Source: Sinorhizobium meliloti (GTDB lineage: Bacteria > Pseudomonadota > Alphaproteobacteria > Rhizobiales > Rhizobiaceae). Taken from it: a stretch of 32,000 nt of DNA. Below the pieces are notes generated by a model. The model was not told where the DNA came from. It did not search any database and saw only the letters and a program-made list of their open reading frames with translations. The position numbers and the translations under genes are program-made. This document shows, piece by piece, positions 17,485-28,622 of this stretch (the stretch's first letter is position 1; each line of letters begins with the position of its first letter). The stretch spans positions 3,060,001-3,092,000 of the forward strand of contig NZ_JAGIOS010000001.1 in assembly GCF_017876815.1 (NCBI RefSeq), written 5' to 3'.

Positions 17485-17581
17485 TTAGGTCGGATCGACC
17501 TAGAAACATGAACGTGATCGATTCCAATAGTTTAAGCGGGATGCGGGCGGAAAATCGCACACACTTTTCCTCATCCCGCTC
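17485..17581 (+). repeat. Repeat family B, copy B3, directly abutting family A copy A3
   Basis: AGGTCGGATCGACCT hairpin, CATGAACGTGATCG, and the long hairpin AGCGGGATG-N29-CATCCCGCT. Homologous to the reverse complement of 14301-14398. Confidence 0.8.
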
Positions 17582-17802
17582 TAAGGTCTGTTGAGATTGA
17601 TCCTAGGAAACCTATCGGAGGACTGCAATCTCTCCTCCTCCTCATCTCTGTGCTCGTCACAGAGATCCAGCAGCGCCGCGTCTGCGGCGCGGGAAGAGTT
17701 CATTCAGCCCAAGGACTTGGTCTGGCTGGATCCCTGTGACGAGCACAGGGATGAGGAGATCGAACAAGCCGTGGCAGGTATCCCGAATCTCAACAGGCCT
17801 TA
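17582..17802 (+). repeat. Repeat family A, copy A3 (best preserved, 221 bp)
   Basis: Terminal inverted repeats TAAGGTCTGTTGAGATTG / GAATCTCAACAGGCCTTA (16 of 18 positions). Four internal hairpins: ATCTCTGTG-N5-CACAGAGAT; GCGCCGC-GTCT-GCGGCGC; CAGCCCAAG-GA-CTTGG(TCT)GGCTG; ATCCCTGTG-ACGAG-CACAGGGAT. Confidence 0.9.
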
Positions 17803-17883
17803 GGTTGAGCCTGCGCTCTCCCTACGGGCCTCGCGGGCTTGCTGCTGCCGCGGCGAACCGGTAGGTCTATACCGGAGACGAAT

Positions 17884-18501
17884 ATGCGAGTTGACGATGA
17901 GCAGGTGGCCGGCGTGATCGATCCCTATGCCCTCCTTGGAATTGAGCGCGACGCCGACGAACGGGCGGTCCGGACGGCCTACCGTCGGGCGGTGAAGACC
18001 GCGCATCCCGACCGCGGCGGTGATGCCGAGAAGTTCGGCAAGCTGCAGGCGGCCTACGACCTCCTGAAGGACCCAGTGCGCCGCAAAGTCTACGATGACA
18101 CCGGCTACGATCCGCAACTCGCCGACCCGAAAGACCTGAAGGGCCTGATGATGCTGGAGACGCTCGTCAACGATTTCATTCTCGACGAGCGCGAGCCCGG
18201 CAGTTTCGATCCGGTCGCGGCGATGCGGCGCAAGCTCTCCGACGACATCGTCAAGAACCGCTTCCACATTTTGGAACTGGAACGCCACCGCTCCCGCGTG
18301 CGCAAGCATCTCGACCGCCTCGGCCGGCGGCCCGAGACAGACGTGCTCGGCTCCATGCTGCGCGCCCGCAGCCAGTCGATCGCCGAGGCGATCAGGAATG
18401 CCGAAGCCCAGATCGAGGCGATCGAGCAGGCCTACACCATGCTCGAGGGATATTCCTACGAATTGGAAGCGGTGGAGGCGAAGGCGCGCGCGGCGGAGTA
18501 G
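17884..18501 (+). CDS. J-domain (DnaJ-like) protein, about 205 aa
   Basis: DPYALLGIERDADERAVRTAYRRAVKTAHPDRGGDAEKFGKLQAAYDLLKDPVRRKVYD is a complete J domain with the HPD motif. The C-terminal part is helical/coiled-coil. ATG 17884 has a GGAGA RBS; the upstream TTG at 17839 is less likely. Confidence 0.85.
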   Translation: MRVDDEQVAGVIDPYALLGIERDADERAVRTAYRRAVKTAHPDRGGDAEKFGKLQAAYDLLKDPVRRKVYDDTGYDPQLADPKDLKGLMMLETLVNDFILDEREPGSFDPVAAMRRKLSDDIVKNRFHILELERHRSRVRKHLDRLGRRPETDVLGSMLRARSQSIAEAIRNAEAQIEAIEQAYTMLEGYSYELEAVEAKARAAE

Positions 18502-18654
18502 AGCAGGTGCCGCCTGTCCATGCCAGGGTACCGCTCGTTGGAGCACTTCCACTGTGAAATAGGTTCCCGTCCGGCCGTGGTTACCTTCAGAGCTGGATGC
18601 TCGCCGGCAACGCACCCGGATCTGCACGCATGTAGTGCGCGTGGTCAGGGCGCG

Positions 18655-18690
18655 GACGTCGTGCCGGCTATGAAAAGCCGGCACGACGTC
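18655..18690. terminator. Perfect 15-bp hairpin between convergent genes (possible bidirectional terminator)
   Basis: GACGTCGTGCCGGCT-ATGAAA-AGCCGGCACGACGTC. It lies between the J-domain gene stop (18501) and the Gly-rich gene stop (18771). There are no flanking T/A tracts. Confidence 0.45.
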
Positions 18691-18770
18691 CTGGTCATTT
18701 GCGGTCGAGCGCTCTTGCAACCAATCCTTCAGTGGCCCGACTTCCCGCCATCGCGGTGATCGTGACCTGG

Positions 18771-19364
18771 TTAATCCTGATTACCTTTGAGGCCGCCATC
18801 TTGGCTGCCTTTGCCGTTGTCCTGGTTGCCGTTGTCCTGGCTGCCCTTGCCGTTGTCCTGGCTGCCTTTGCCGTTATCCTGGCTGCCCTTGCCATTGTCC
18901 TGGCTGCCCTTGCCGTTGTCCTGGTTGCCCTTGCCATGGTCTTGGTTACCCTTGCCGGTGTCTTGGCCACCGCCACCGCCGGGATCGCCGCCGCCGCCGC
19001 CGCCGCCACCGCCGCCACCGCCGCCACCGCCGCCGCCGCCACCGCCGCCGGGATTACCACCGCCGCCGTCATCGCCGTTCAGGTTGCGAGGACCGCTGTC
19101 GGTGGAGGTCGTGGAAAACGAATTTCCGATGGCCGCCGTGGAGAGGGGCGGGCATTGCTCTATTTGCCCGGCCGTGAGGATATCCGCTCTGTTCTGAGCC
19201 ATGCAGCATGCTTCGTAATTGGCGTCCGTCAGAGGGCTGCACTGCTCAGCCACGAGCATGGGGCCCGTAAGGTTCTGGGCGTGCGCGGGAATCGTTGTCG
19301 AAGTTGAAAAACCGACCATCAGAGCCAGGCCGGTGCTCGTAAGAAATACATCCAGGGTTTTCAT
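18771..19364 (-). CDS. Secreted protein with a Cys-containing N-domain, a poly-Gly tract and GKG[SN]QDN heptad repeats
   Basis: Signal peptide MKTLDVFLTSTGLALMVGFSTSTTIPAHA. GGAGA RBS. Four Cys in the first 45 mature residues. A Gly-dominated stretch (about 35 Gly, broken only by N, P, D and P) leads into GGGGGQDTG, followed by (GKGSQDN)n. Confidence 0.6.
   Translation of the reverse strand: MKTLDVFLTSTGLALMVGFSTSTTIPAHAQNLTGPMLVAEQCSPLTDANYEACCMAQNRADILTAGQIEQCPPLSTAAIGNSFSTTSTDSGPRNLNGDDGGGGNPGGGGGGGGGGGGGGGGGGGGGDPGGGGGQDTGKGNQDHGKGNQDNGKGSQDNGKGSQDNGKGSQDNGKGSQDNGNQDNGKGSQDGGLKGNQD
18801..19070 (-). repeat. Coding 21-nt tandem repeats (18801-18965) followed by a (GCC/ACC)n triplet tract (18966-19070)
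   Basis: Units such as GGCTGCCCTTGCCGTTGTCCT repeat about 8 times. An almost pure CCG/CCA triplet run encoding poly-Gly on the minus strand follows. Confidence 0.9.
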
Positions 19365-19662
19365 GTTTTTCTCCCTAAATTAGTGTCAACTTAAATTCGA
19401 ACCGGGAGAGAAATGTTCCATAAAAATTTATGGGTTTGAGTGGTATGTCGGGCTAATCATTTCGGATTACCACTAAAAAAAGGGGGTAGTTAGCGTATCC
19501 TTGGACGCGTTCTTACGGCCGCCTCTTGCAGCGACCCTCTCGAGCAATTCGACGGTCCGGAAAGGCCCAGCACCGGGTGGAGCCGGTTGCGACTGCGGCG
19601 GCAGCGAGTGCTTCGTGATCGGTAAGCGGCTCAGCAGATCGTCGGATTCTGATACGACCGGC

Positions 19663-22620
<2,958 letters not shown>

Positions 22621-22834
22621 GGCGGGAATATGGACAGAGTCAGGTCGAAAGTGAAGGGGGAACGAGTACAAAAGGGAAACGGAAAGCCGCGATCTTCTCG
22701 TCGTTTCCCGGACCTTCGAGGCGGCGGCTTGAACCGACGGTCGCATCGTTGCACTGGCAGCCTAAGGGCACTTGCAACGCCGGCACTCGGCGGAGCATCC
22801 TCGGCGTGCGATTCGCGCTCTTCCCGAGGTTTCC

Positions 22835-23188
22835 ATGCCATTTGCCATCAATCCTGCCTATGTCTGGCCGGTCATCCTGCTGCTCCTCTCCAATGTCTTC
22901 ATGACCTTCGCCTGGTACGGCCACCTGAAGTTCACTTCGTCGCCGCTCTACATCGTCATCGTCGCAAGCTGGGGGATCGCCTTCTTCGAATATTGGCTGG
23001 CCGTGCCGGCGAACCGCATTGGACATTCGGTCTATTCGGCGGCGCAGCTGAAGACGATGCAGGAGGTGATCACGCTTACCATTTTCGTCCTCTTCTCGAT
23101 TTTCTGGCTGAAGGAACCGATCGGCTGGCATCAGCTCATCGGCTTCGCGCTGATCGCGCTCGGGGCGTCGTTCATCTTCAAGGGGTGA
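22835..23188 (+). CDS. Small DMT-superfamily membrane protein (DUF486-like)
   Basis: 117 aa with four TM segments. SNVFMTFAWYGHLKF and LKEPIGWHQLIGFALIALGASFIF are typical of the DUF486/DMT family. ATG 22835 has a GAGG RBS. Confidence 0.75.
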   Translation: MPFAINPAYVWPVILLLLSNVFMTFAWYGHLKFTSSPLYIVIVASWGIAFFEYWLAVPANRIGHSVYSAAQLKTMQEVITLTIFVLFSIFWLKEPIGWHQLIGFALIALGASFIFKG

Positions 23189-23217
23189 GACGTCGCCACG
23201 AGGGGCGTTTGCCCCTG

Positions 23218-23808
23218 TCAATCGAGAAGGTCGAAGGCGCGATACATCCATGTGAGCTGGTAAAGAACCGCGCCCACCAGAAAAGACGCATGGAAGCGCC
23301 GGTCGGGCGTGACCGCCGCGATGATGCAGAGCGCGATATAGGCCGCGTTGCGCAGCGGATATTCGATCCCGAAGGACTGGAAATAGGCCTTGCCCTTCAA
23401 GGCCGTGTCGATGAGGTCGACTGCGAATGCGATGGCGAGGAAGCCGAAGAACCAGGCGCGCCTGGACATGAAATAATGTTCGTAGCCGCTGTATTCGTCG
23501 AGCGTCGTCGGGAAGAGGAAGACGCAGAGGAGGAAGAAGACGCAGCTATAGAGGATGACGAACAGGTAGACGCTGACGTCGATCACCGCCAGCGAGTGCA
23601 GGTGATACTCCCACCACCAGAAATGGACGAGGAAGACGAACATGAACAGCACCCAGCCGAGGTGTATCCAGTAGACCTTCGTCTTGCCCGGGTGCTGCAC
23701 GAAAAGCGCGACACCGCTGAGGAGCCGCGCAAGCGAGAGGCTGATCACCATGCCCATGACGACGCGTATGTGCGAAAAGATCGCCGGATCGGGCTGCACC
23801 TGCTCCAT
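23218..23808 (-). CDS. Hypothetical polytopic membrane protein (196 aa)
   Basis: Start MEQVQPDPAIFSHIR at ATG 23808, 11 nt after the thioesterase stop (operon). Five to six hydrophobic segments. The upstream 179 codons of the listed 375-aa ORF overlap the thioesterase gene in another frame and are rejected. Confidence 0.65.
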   Translation of the reverse strand: MEQVQPDPAIFSHIRVVMGMVISLSLARLLSGVALFVQHPGKTKVYWIHLGWVLFMFVFLVHFWWWEYHLHSLAVIDVSVYLFVILYSCVFFLLCVFLFPTTLDEYSGYEHYFMSRRAWFFGFLAIAFAVDLIDTALKGKAYFQSFGIEYPLRNAAYIALCIIAAVTPDRRFHASFLVGAVLYQLTWMYRAFDLLD

Positions 23809-23819
23809 GAATGCGGCCC

Positions 23820-24209
23820 CTATTGCTCGGACGGAACCGGCGTCGGCTTGCCGGTCGAGTCGAGCGCCACCATCACGAAGATCGCGTCGGTGACCTTTTC
23901 CATGACATGCGAGAGGTAACGCTGCGCCCATGCCTCGACCTTGAGCGTCATCGACGTCCGCCCGACCGTGACGATGTCGGTATAGATGCAGAGTGTGTCG
24001 CCGATCTTCACCGGCATGGCGAAGGCCATTTCCTTTACCGCCGCAGTCACGACGCGGCCCCTGGCGCGCTCGGCGGCCCGGATACCGCAGGAAAGGTCCA
24101 TCTGCGCCATGACCCAGCCGCCGAAGATGTCGCCGGCGGCATTGGCGTCGCCGGGCATTGCGAGCGTGCGCAAGGTCAGTTCGCCATTCGGCTTGCTTGC
24201 TGCGTTCAT
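23820..24209 (-). CDS. Acyl-CoA thioester hydrolase, YciA-like (hotdog fold)
   Basis: LTLRTLAMPGDANAAGDIFGGWVMAQMD...VTAAV..M.F..PV.IGD is the YciA/4HBT pattern. ATG 24209 is preceded by GGGAGA; the upstream TTG at 24236 is less likely. Confidence 0.85.
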   Translation of the reverse strand: MNAASKPNGELTLRTLAMPGDANAAGDIFGGWVMAQMDLSCGIRAAERARGRVVTAAVKEMAFAMPVKIGDTLCIYTDIVTVGRTSMTLKVEAWAQRYLSHVMEKVTDAIFVMVALDSTGKPTPVPSEQ

Positions 24210-24418
24210 TCGGCCTGTCTCCCTGTTGACGAACAAGGTTTAACGCACTGCCGTCAGGCGAGCAAAGAGGCGCCGGAACAATTCCACGCTGAAGAAGCAA
24301 AGGCGGCACGCGTGACGGTTTTATCGTTAATTTGATCACCCTCAAATCTAGTGAGTGTTTGTTAGGAGCTTTGCAAATAACCGCTCATATTCTGCATGCC
24401 TCGAAATGGAGGCAGGGG

Positions 24419-26233
24419 ATGAGAAGAATTCGGATTTCAGCGCGTCTTTACGCGCTGGTCGCGTTTGCGCTTTTGACGATGGCGGCGGCGCTGACCTTCG
24501 GACTGATCCAGGCGCAGGACAAGCTGGTTGCCGAGCGCAAGGCCATGCTCGCGGCGATGAACGAGAACGCGATCACGGTGTTCGACGCCTATCACGCCCA
24601 GGAAAAGGCCGGAACGCTCACGCGCGAGGAGGCGCAGGGCTGCGCTCTGGAGGCGATCCGGGCGATGCGCTATCAGGACAGCGGCTATTTCTGGGTGAAC
24701 GATATGCATCCGAAGATGGTGATGCATCCGATCAAGCCCGAACTCGACGGCGCCGACCTGACGCAGAACAAGGACCCGAACGGCAAGTTCCTGTTCGTGG
24801 AATTCGTCAAGACGGTGCAGGCGCACGGCAAGGGCTTCGTCGATTATTACTGGCCGAAGCCCGGCGCCGACGAGCCCGTGCTGAAATATTCGCATGTGGC
24901 CGGTTTCGAGCCCTGGGGATGGGTGGTCGGCACCGGTGTTTATGCAGACGATCTCGCCGCCATGTTCCGCGAGCGCGCCTGGCAGATGGCCGGCATTCTG
25001 GTCGCGGCAGCGCTCGCGATCCTCATGGCGGCCTTGGCGATCGTGCGCAGCGTCGTTCGGCCCATCGAAAAGCTGAAGGTCTCGATGCGGGCGATCGCAG
25101 ACGAGGACCTTTCCTCGGATGTTCCGGAAACCGATCGCGCCGACGAGATCGGGCAGATGGCGAAGGTGCTCGTCGTCCTGCGCGACTCCGTCAGGGAGCG
25201 CCTCGAACTGCGATCGCGCGAGGCGGAGCAGCAGGACCGCCTCGACGCAGAACGGCGCGGCCACGAGGAGCGCCAGCGTACGACTGCCGCAACCCAGGCC
25301 GAGGCGATGGAGACGCTCGGCGCCGCGCTCGAGCGGCTGGCAAACGGCGACCTCACCGCCGCGGTCGCCCGGATCGCGCCGGAATATGCCAAGCTCAAGG
25401 ACGACTTCAACACGGCGGTCGCCGCGCTTCGCGACGTCATCGGCGCCATTTCCCGATCCACCGAAATCGTCCATGGCAGTGCCGCCGATATATCAGAGGC
25501 GGCCAACAACCTGTCGCGCCGGACCGAACAGCAGGCGGCGGCTCTTGAAGAGACAGCCGCGGCTCTTGACGAGATCACCTCCACCGTACGTCATGCGTCG
25601 GGTCGTGCCCTCGAGGCGCGCGACATGGTCGACGAGACGAAGGCGAGCGCCGCAAAATCCGGTGATATCGTGCGCAACGCGATCGATGCCATGGGGCGGA
25701 TCGAAGCCTCATCGAGCCGGATCAGCCAGATCATCGGCGTGATCGACGAGATCGCCTTCCAGACGAACCTGCTGGCGCTGAATGCAGGCGTCGAGGCGGC
25801 GCGGGCAGGGGAGGCCGGCCGCGGTTTCGCCGTCGTTGCCCAGGAGGTCCGCGAACTCGCGCAACGCTCGGCCGGCGCGGCAAAGGAAATCAAGGCGCTG
25901 ATAGGCACCTCGGTGAAGGAAGTCGGTGCCGGCGTCGAACTCGTCCGCTCGACGGGTGATGCGCTGATGGAGATCGATGCTCTGGTCAACCGTGTCAACG
26001 AGCAGGTGGCCGCGATTGCGACCGCTGCTCGGGAACAGGCGACCGGACTGCAGGAGGTCAACACGGCCGTCAACAGCATGGACCAGATGACGCAGCAGAA
26101 CGCGGCAATGGTCGAGGAGACGACCGCGGCAAGCCAGACACTGGCGCAGGAAAGTCGTGAGCTGAAGGCGCTGCTCGAACAGTTCAGGCTCGAGGAACGG
26201 GGCGCGCAGCCGGCCTATGGCAGGGCAGCGTAA
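24419..26233 (+). CDS. Methyl-accepting chemotaxis protein with a periplasmic single-Cache (sCache_2-like) sensor and a HAMP domain
   Basis: TM1 [16 protein letters not shown]. Cache motifs [35 protein letters not shown] and [11 protein letters not shown]2 plus HAMP. Highly conserved signalling hairpin [42 protein letters not shown]. Confidence 0.92.
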   Translation: MRRIRISARLYALVAFALLTMAAALTFGLIQAQDKLVAERKAMLAAMNENAITVFDAYHAQEKAGTLTREEAQGCALEAIRAMRYQDSGYFWVNDMHPKMVMHPIKPELDGADLTQNKDPNGKFLFVEFVKTVQAHGKGFVDYYWPKPGADEPVLKYSHVAGFEPWGWVVGTGVYADDLAAMFRERAWQMAGILVAAALAILMAALAIVRSVVRPIEKLKVSMRAIADEDLSSDVPETDRADEIGQMAKVLVVLRDSVRERLELRSREAEQQDRLDAERRGHEERQRTTAATQAEAMETLGAALERLANGDLTAAVARIAPEYAKLKDDFNTAVAALRDVIGAISRSTEIVHGSAADISEAANNLSRRTEQQAAALEETAAALDEITSTVRHASGRALEARDMVDETKASAAKSGDIVRNAIDAMGRIEASSSRISQIIGVIDEIAFQTNLLALNAGVEAARAGEAGRGFAVVAQEVRELAQRSAGAAKEIKALIGTSVKEVGAGVELVRSTGDALMEIDALVNRVNEQVAAIATAAREQATGLQEVNTAVNSMDQMTQQNAAMVEETTAASQTLAQESRELKALLEQFRLEERGAQPAYGRAA

Positions 26234-26466
26234 ACGATAACAGCAAGCGTAGCGGCGACAAGGCCTGCGTTCGGAAGGACGTGGGCCTCTTCGTTAAACC
26301 TGCGTCGCTCGGGCGGGTGAGCCTGCTCCTGTCGGTGGTGAGTGGATGGCGCATCTCGCGGGAGTTGACGCGTGGCCGCAAGACAGGCGAGATGGTGCGA
26401 CGGAAGGACGGTCGCTATCGCGCGCCGATCCGGCCGCATCCGAGATGCCAGTCAAGGGGGAGACCT

Positions 26467-27021
26467 GTGTTGCCTTTCAAGCGTTTCATCATGAAGTCTG
26501 CCGCCATCTTCCTGGCCGCCGCCGGCTTCCTTTCTGCCTGTACCGTGGTCGTCGACGAACCGCGCCCCGGTCCGGGGCCGATCCGCCCGCCAGGCCCGCA
26601 AATGTGCACGATGGAATTCGCGCCGGTCTGCGGCGAGCGCGGCAATCGCATGCGGACCTTCCCCAATGCCTGCCAGGCACGCGCCGACGGCTTCCGTGTC
26701 GTTCATCGCGGCGAATGCCGCCCGGCATCCCGTCCGCCGGAAGAACAGGCCTGCACGCGCGAGTTTTCGCCGGTGTGCGGTCAGCGCGGCCCGAGAAGGC
26801 AGACCTTCCCCAATTCATGCGTGGCGCGCGCCGAGGGTTTTCGCGTCGTCGCACCCGGCGAATGCCGCCGCGAGGATGATCGCCCGCAGCAGCCGCAATT
26901 CTGCACCCGGGAATTCGCGCCGGTCTGCGGCGAGCGCAACGGACGATCAAGAACATTCCCGAATGCCTGCGAGGCACGGGCGGACGGGTTCCGCGTGGCT
27001 CATCCCGGGGAATGCCGTTAA
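26467..27021 (+). CDS. Lipoprotein with three tandem Kazal-like serine-protease-inhibitor domains
   Basis: Lipobox FLSAC. Three ~50-aa repeats of the form C-T-[MR]-E-F-x-P-V-C-G-x(8)-F-P-N-x-C-x-A-R-A-x-G-F-R-V-x(5)-C-R. GTG 26467 has a GGGGGAG RBS; an alternative ATG at 26491 lacks an RBS. Confidence 0.8.
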   Translation: MLPFKRFIMKSAAIFLAAAGFLSACTVVVDEPRPGPGPIRPPGPQMCTMEFAPVCGERGNRMRTFPNACQARADGFRVVHRGECRPASRPPEEQACTREFSPVCGQRGPRRQTFPNSCVARAEGFRVVAPGECRREDDRPQQPQFCTREFAPVCGERNGRSRTFPNACEARADGFRVAHPGECR

Positions 27022-27041
27022 CCGGACGAAAACCGACGTTG

Positions 27042-27080
27042 AAAAGGCCCGCATTCGTAAGGATGCGGGCCTTTTCTTTT
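27042..27080 (+). terminator. Rho-independent terminator after the Kazal-like gene
   Basis: Stem GGCCCGCAT / ATGCGGGCC, 8-nt loop, followed by TTTTCTTTT. A-rich upstream flank. Confidence 0.85.
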
Positions 27081-27252
27081 GTGCCCGCTCGCCTGATTTG
27101 GCGTGCCGCCGGCAAGGCTTCGTTTACCACGTTTGCTTAAATTGCCTTGCAAAGCCGACTTTCTCGACCGAGCGCCCGTTTGGCGACATTCCGCACGTTC
27201 ATTCTCGGCTGTGGGCAGGCGGCGCACGGACAAGGCCGAAGCTTTGTCATGG

Positions 27253-28467
27253 ATGAAGGCGGCAATCAGTATGGCGTATGTTTCTCTTCTTCATCGTCCA
27301 TTGGCGGCGCTGCTGTTGTCCATTCCACTCGTTGCCTGCACGACCGACGTGCTTGCGCCACCGGCCAGGATCGACGGGAGCTCTCGTGTCGGCGCGATCA
27401 GGCCGGCGCCTGCAGCCATGCCGGAGCAGGAAGTCGCTGCCTATCCGTCGTCAGAGCCGGTCGCCATGGCCAGCCAGACCTCGGTTGCCCCGGTTTCCGA
27501 TAATGCGGCCGTTGCGCCGCAGGGCCAGGTCGCCGCGGCCGGATCGATGACGGTTCCGCCCGAGGGGGTGAACATGGACGCCATGCTCGGCGTCGAACCG
27601 GTCGTCGGCCTGGCGCAGGAGCAGGCCGGTGAAATCGCCGAGGGGAATACGACGCAGCCGGTCGTGGCCGGTATCGGCGACAGCGATGTGCGCCAGCTTG
27701 CCGGAGCGCCGCAGCCGGTACCGGTGGCTGAGGCGAATCCCGGCTATGATCCCGACCTGCCGCCCCTTGCGCCCGCGCAGAGCGCGGCCGAGGAAGCGAA
27801 TCGAACGCATGTACTCCAGCCGCAGCGGGCGACGCGCACCGAGCAGCCGCAGCAGGTCGCTTTCATACCGCGCGCCCGCAGCCCGGTGTCGACGCCGGAA
27901 TATACCGGCGAAATGCCGGGCTCGGAGGTCGCGTGCAGGCAGCGGTTGAAGAAGCTCGGGGTCGTCTTCCGCGACGTTCCGCGAGTCCATAACGGACCGT
28001 CCTGTGGCATCGACTACCCGATCGAACTCAGCGGCCTTTCCGGCAATATCGGCGTCAAGCCCGCGGTGAAGCTCAATTGCCAGGTGACGGAAGCCTTCGC
28101 CAAATGGGTGAAGTATGAGCTCGCGCCATCGTCGCGCTACCGTTACTGGTCGGGCGTCAAGACGATCAAGCCGCTCGGCGGCTATTCCTGCCGGACGATG
28201 AACTCCCGGCGCGGCAATCCCATGTCGGAACATGCGCGCGGCAACGCGATAGACGTCGGCAAGTTCGTGCTGAAAAACGGCAAGGAAATCGATGTACGCA
28301 GGAAAGGTCTCTTCGCTTTCCGCGAAAGAGGGCTCTTGAAGGCCGTGCGCACCGATAGCTGCAAGTATTTCAACACCGTGCTCGGCCCCGGCAGCGATCC
28401 TTTCCACAAAGACCATTTCCACTTCGATCTGAGGACGCGCAAATCCGCCTACCGGCATTGCGACTAG
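27253..28467 (+). CDS. Extensin-like lipoprotein: Pro/Ala/Gln-rich linker plus a C-terminal domain with LAS-type (VanY/M15-like) metal-binding motifs
   Basis: Lipobox PLVAC. About 230 aa of low-complexity linker. The C-terminal ~190 aa (CRQRLKKLGVVF...SEHARGNAIDV...HKDHFHFD) match the bacterial extensin-like C-terminal family. An alternative start is ATG 27271. Confidence 0.8.
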   Translation: MKAAISMAYVSLLHRPLAALLLSIPLVACTTDVLAPPARIDGSSRVGAIRPAPAAMPEQEVAAYPSSEPVAMASQTSVAPVSDNAAVAPQGQVAAAGSMTVPPEGVNMDAMLGVEPVVGLAQEQAGEIAEGNTTQPVVAGIGDSDVRQLAGAPQPVPVAEANPGYDPDLPPLAPAQSAAEEANRTHVLQPQRATRTEQPQQVAFIPRARSPVSTPEYTGEMPGSEVACRQRLKKLGVVFRDVPRVHNGPSCGIDYPIELSGLSGNIGVKPAVKLNCQVTEAFAKWVKYELAPSSRYRYWSGVKTIKPLGGYSCRTMNSRRGNPMSEHARGNAIDVGKFVLKNGKEIDVRRKGLFAFRERGLLKAVRTDSCKYFNTVLGPGSDPFHKDHFHFDLRTRKSAYRHCD

Positions 28468-28622
28468 GCGCGGCCTGAAAGCGCCCCTGCTCGACAGACC
28501 GGATTCGGTATTAGCCTCTGGCGACGCTGTGCGGTAGATTTTCTCTATGCGGCGGATATCGGCCAGCTCGACGCTACATCGTAGCTAAATAACGATACAT
28601 ATTATATTTAACCGTATACTTA

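Noticed and set aside
17591-17803. A 70-aa ORF inside repeat A3 whose peptide (SSAASAAR..F.QPKDLVWLDPCDEHRDEEI) is also encoded in copies A1 and A2
   Set aside because: The conservation is explained by DNA-level identity of a palindromic repeat. Differences between copies show no codon-position bias, there is no RBS, and copy A1 is split by the IS without any sign of selection.
18695-19307. Alternative frames and strand over the second repeat gene (LPLSWLP/poly-Pro 136 aa, Ala-rich 125 aa and 202 aa)
   Set aside because: These are artefacts of 21-nt and triplet repeats keeping every frame open. Only the minus-strand Gly-rich frame has an RBS, a signal peptide and a non-repetitive head domain.
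19396-19403. TTCGAACC, a tRNA T-loop-like GGTTCGAA on the minus strand
   Set aside because: The flanking sequence cannot form a T-arm, acceptor stem or anticodon arm. It sits in the AT-rich promoter region of the Gly-rich gene.
22621-22834. An alphaproteobacterial SOS box (GTTC-N7-GTTC / GAAC-N7-GAAC) upstream of uvrB, and the inverted repeat CGTTGCA-N19-TGCAACG at 22747-22779
   Set aside because: No correctly spaced GAAC/GTTC direct repeat is present. The 7-bp inverted repeat has a long non-structured spacer and could occur by chance.
22630-24345. 429-aa plus ORF (22630-23919) and the 375-aa form of the minus ORF (23218-24345)
   Set aside because: The plus ORF is antisense to, or out of frame with, the DMT, membrane-protein and thioesterase genes. 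The minus ORF's first 179 codons overlap the thioesterase gene in another frame, so only 23218-23808 is kept.
24355-25584. Alternative-frame and antisense ORFs inside the MCP gene (397 aa, 345 aa, 214 aa, 207 aa)
   Set aside because: The MCP frame carries Cache, HAMP and the invariant signalling hairpin. The others are Arg/Ala/Ser-rich shadows.
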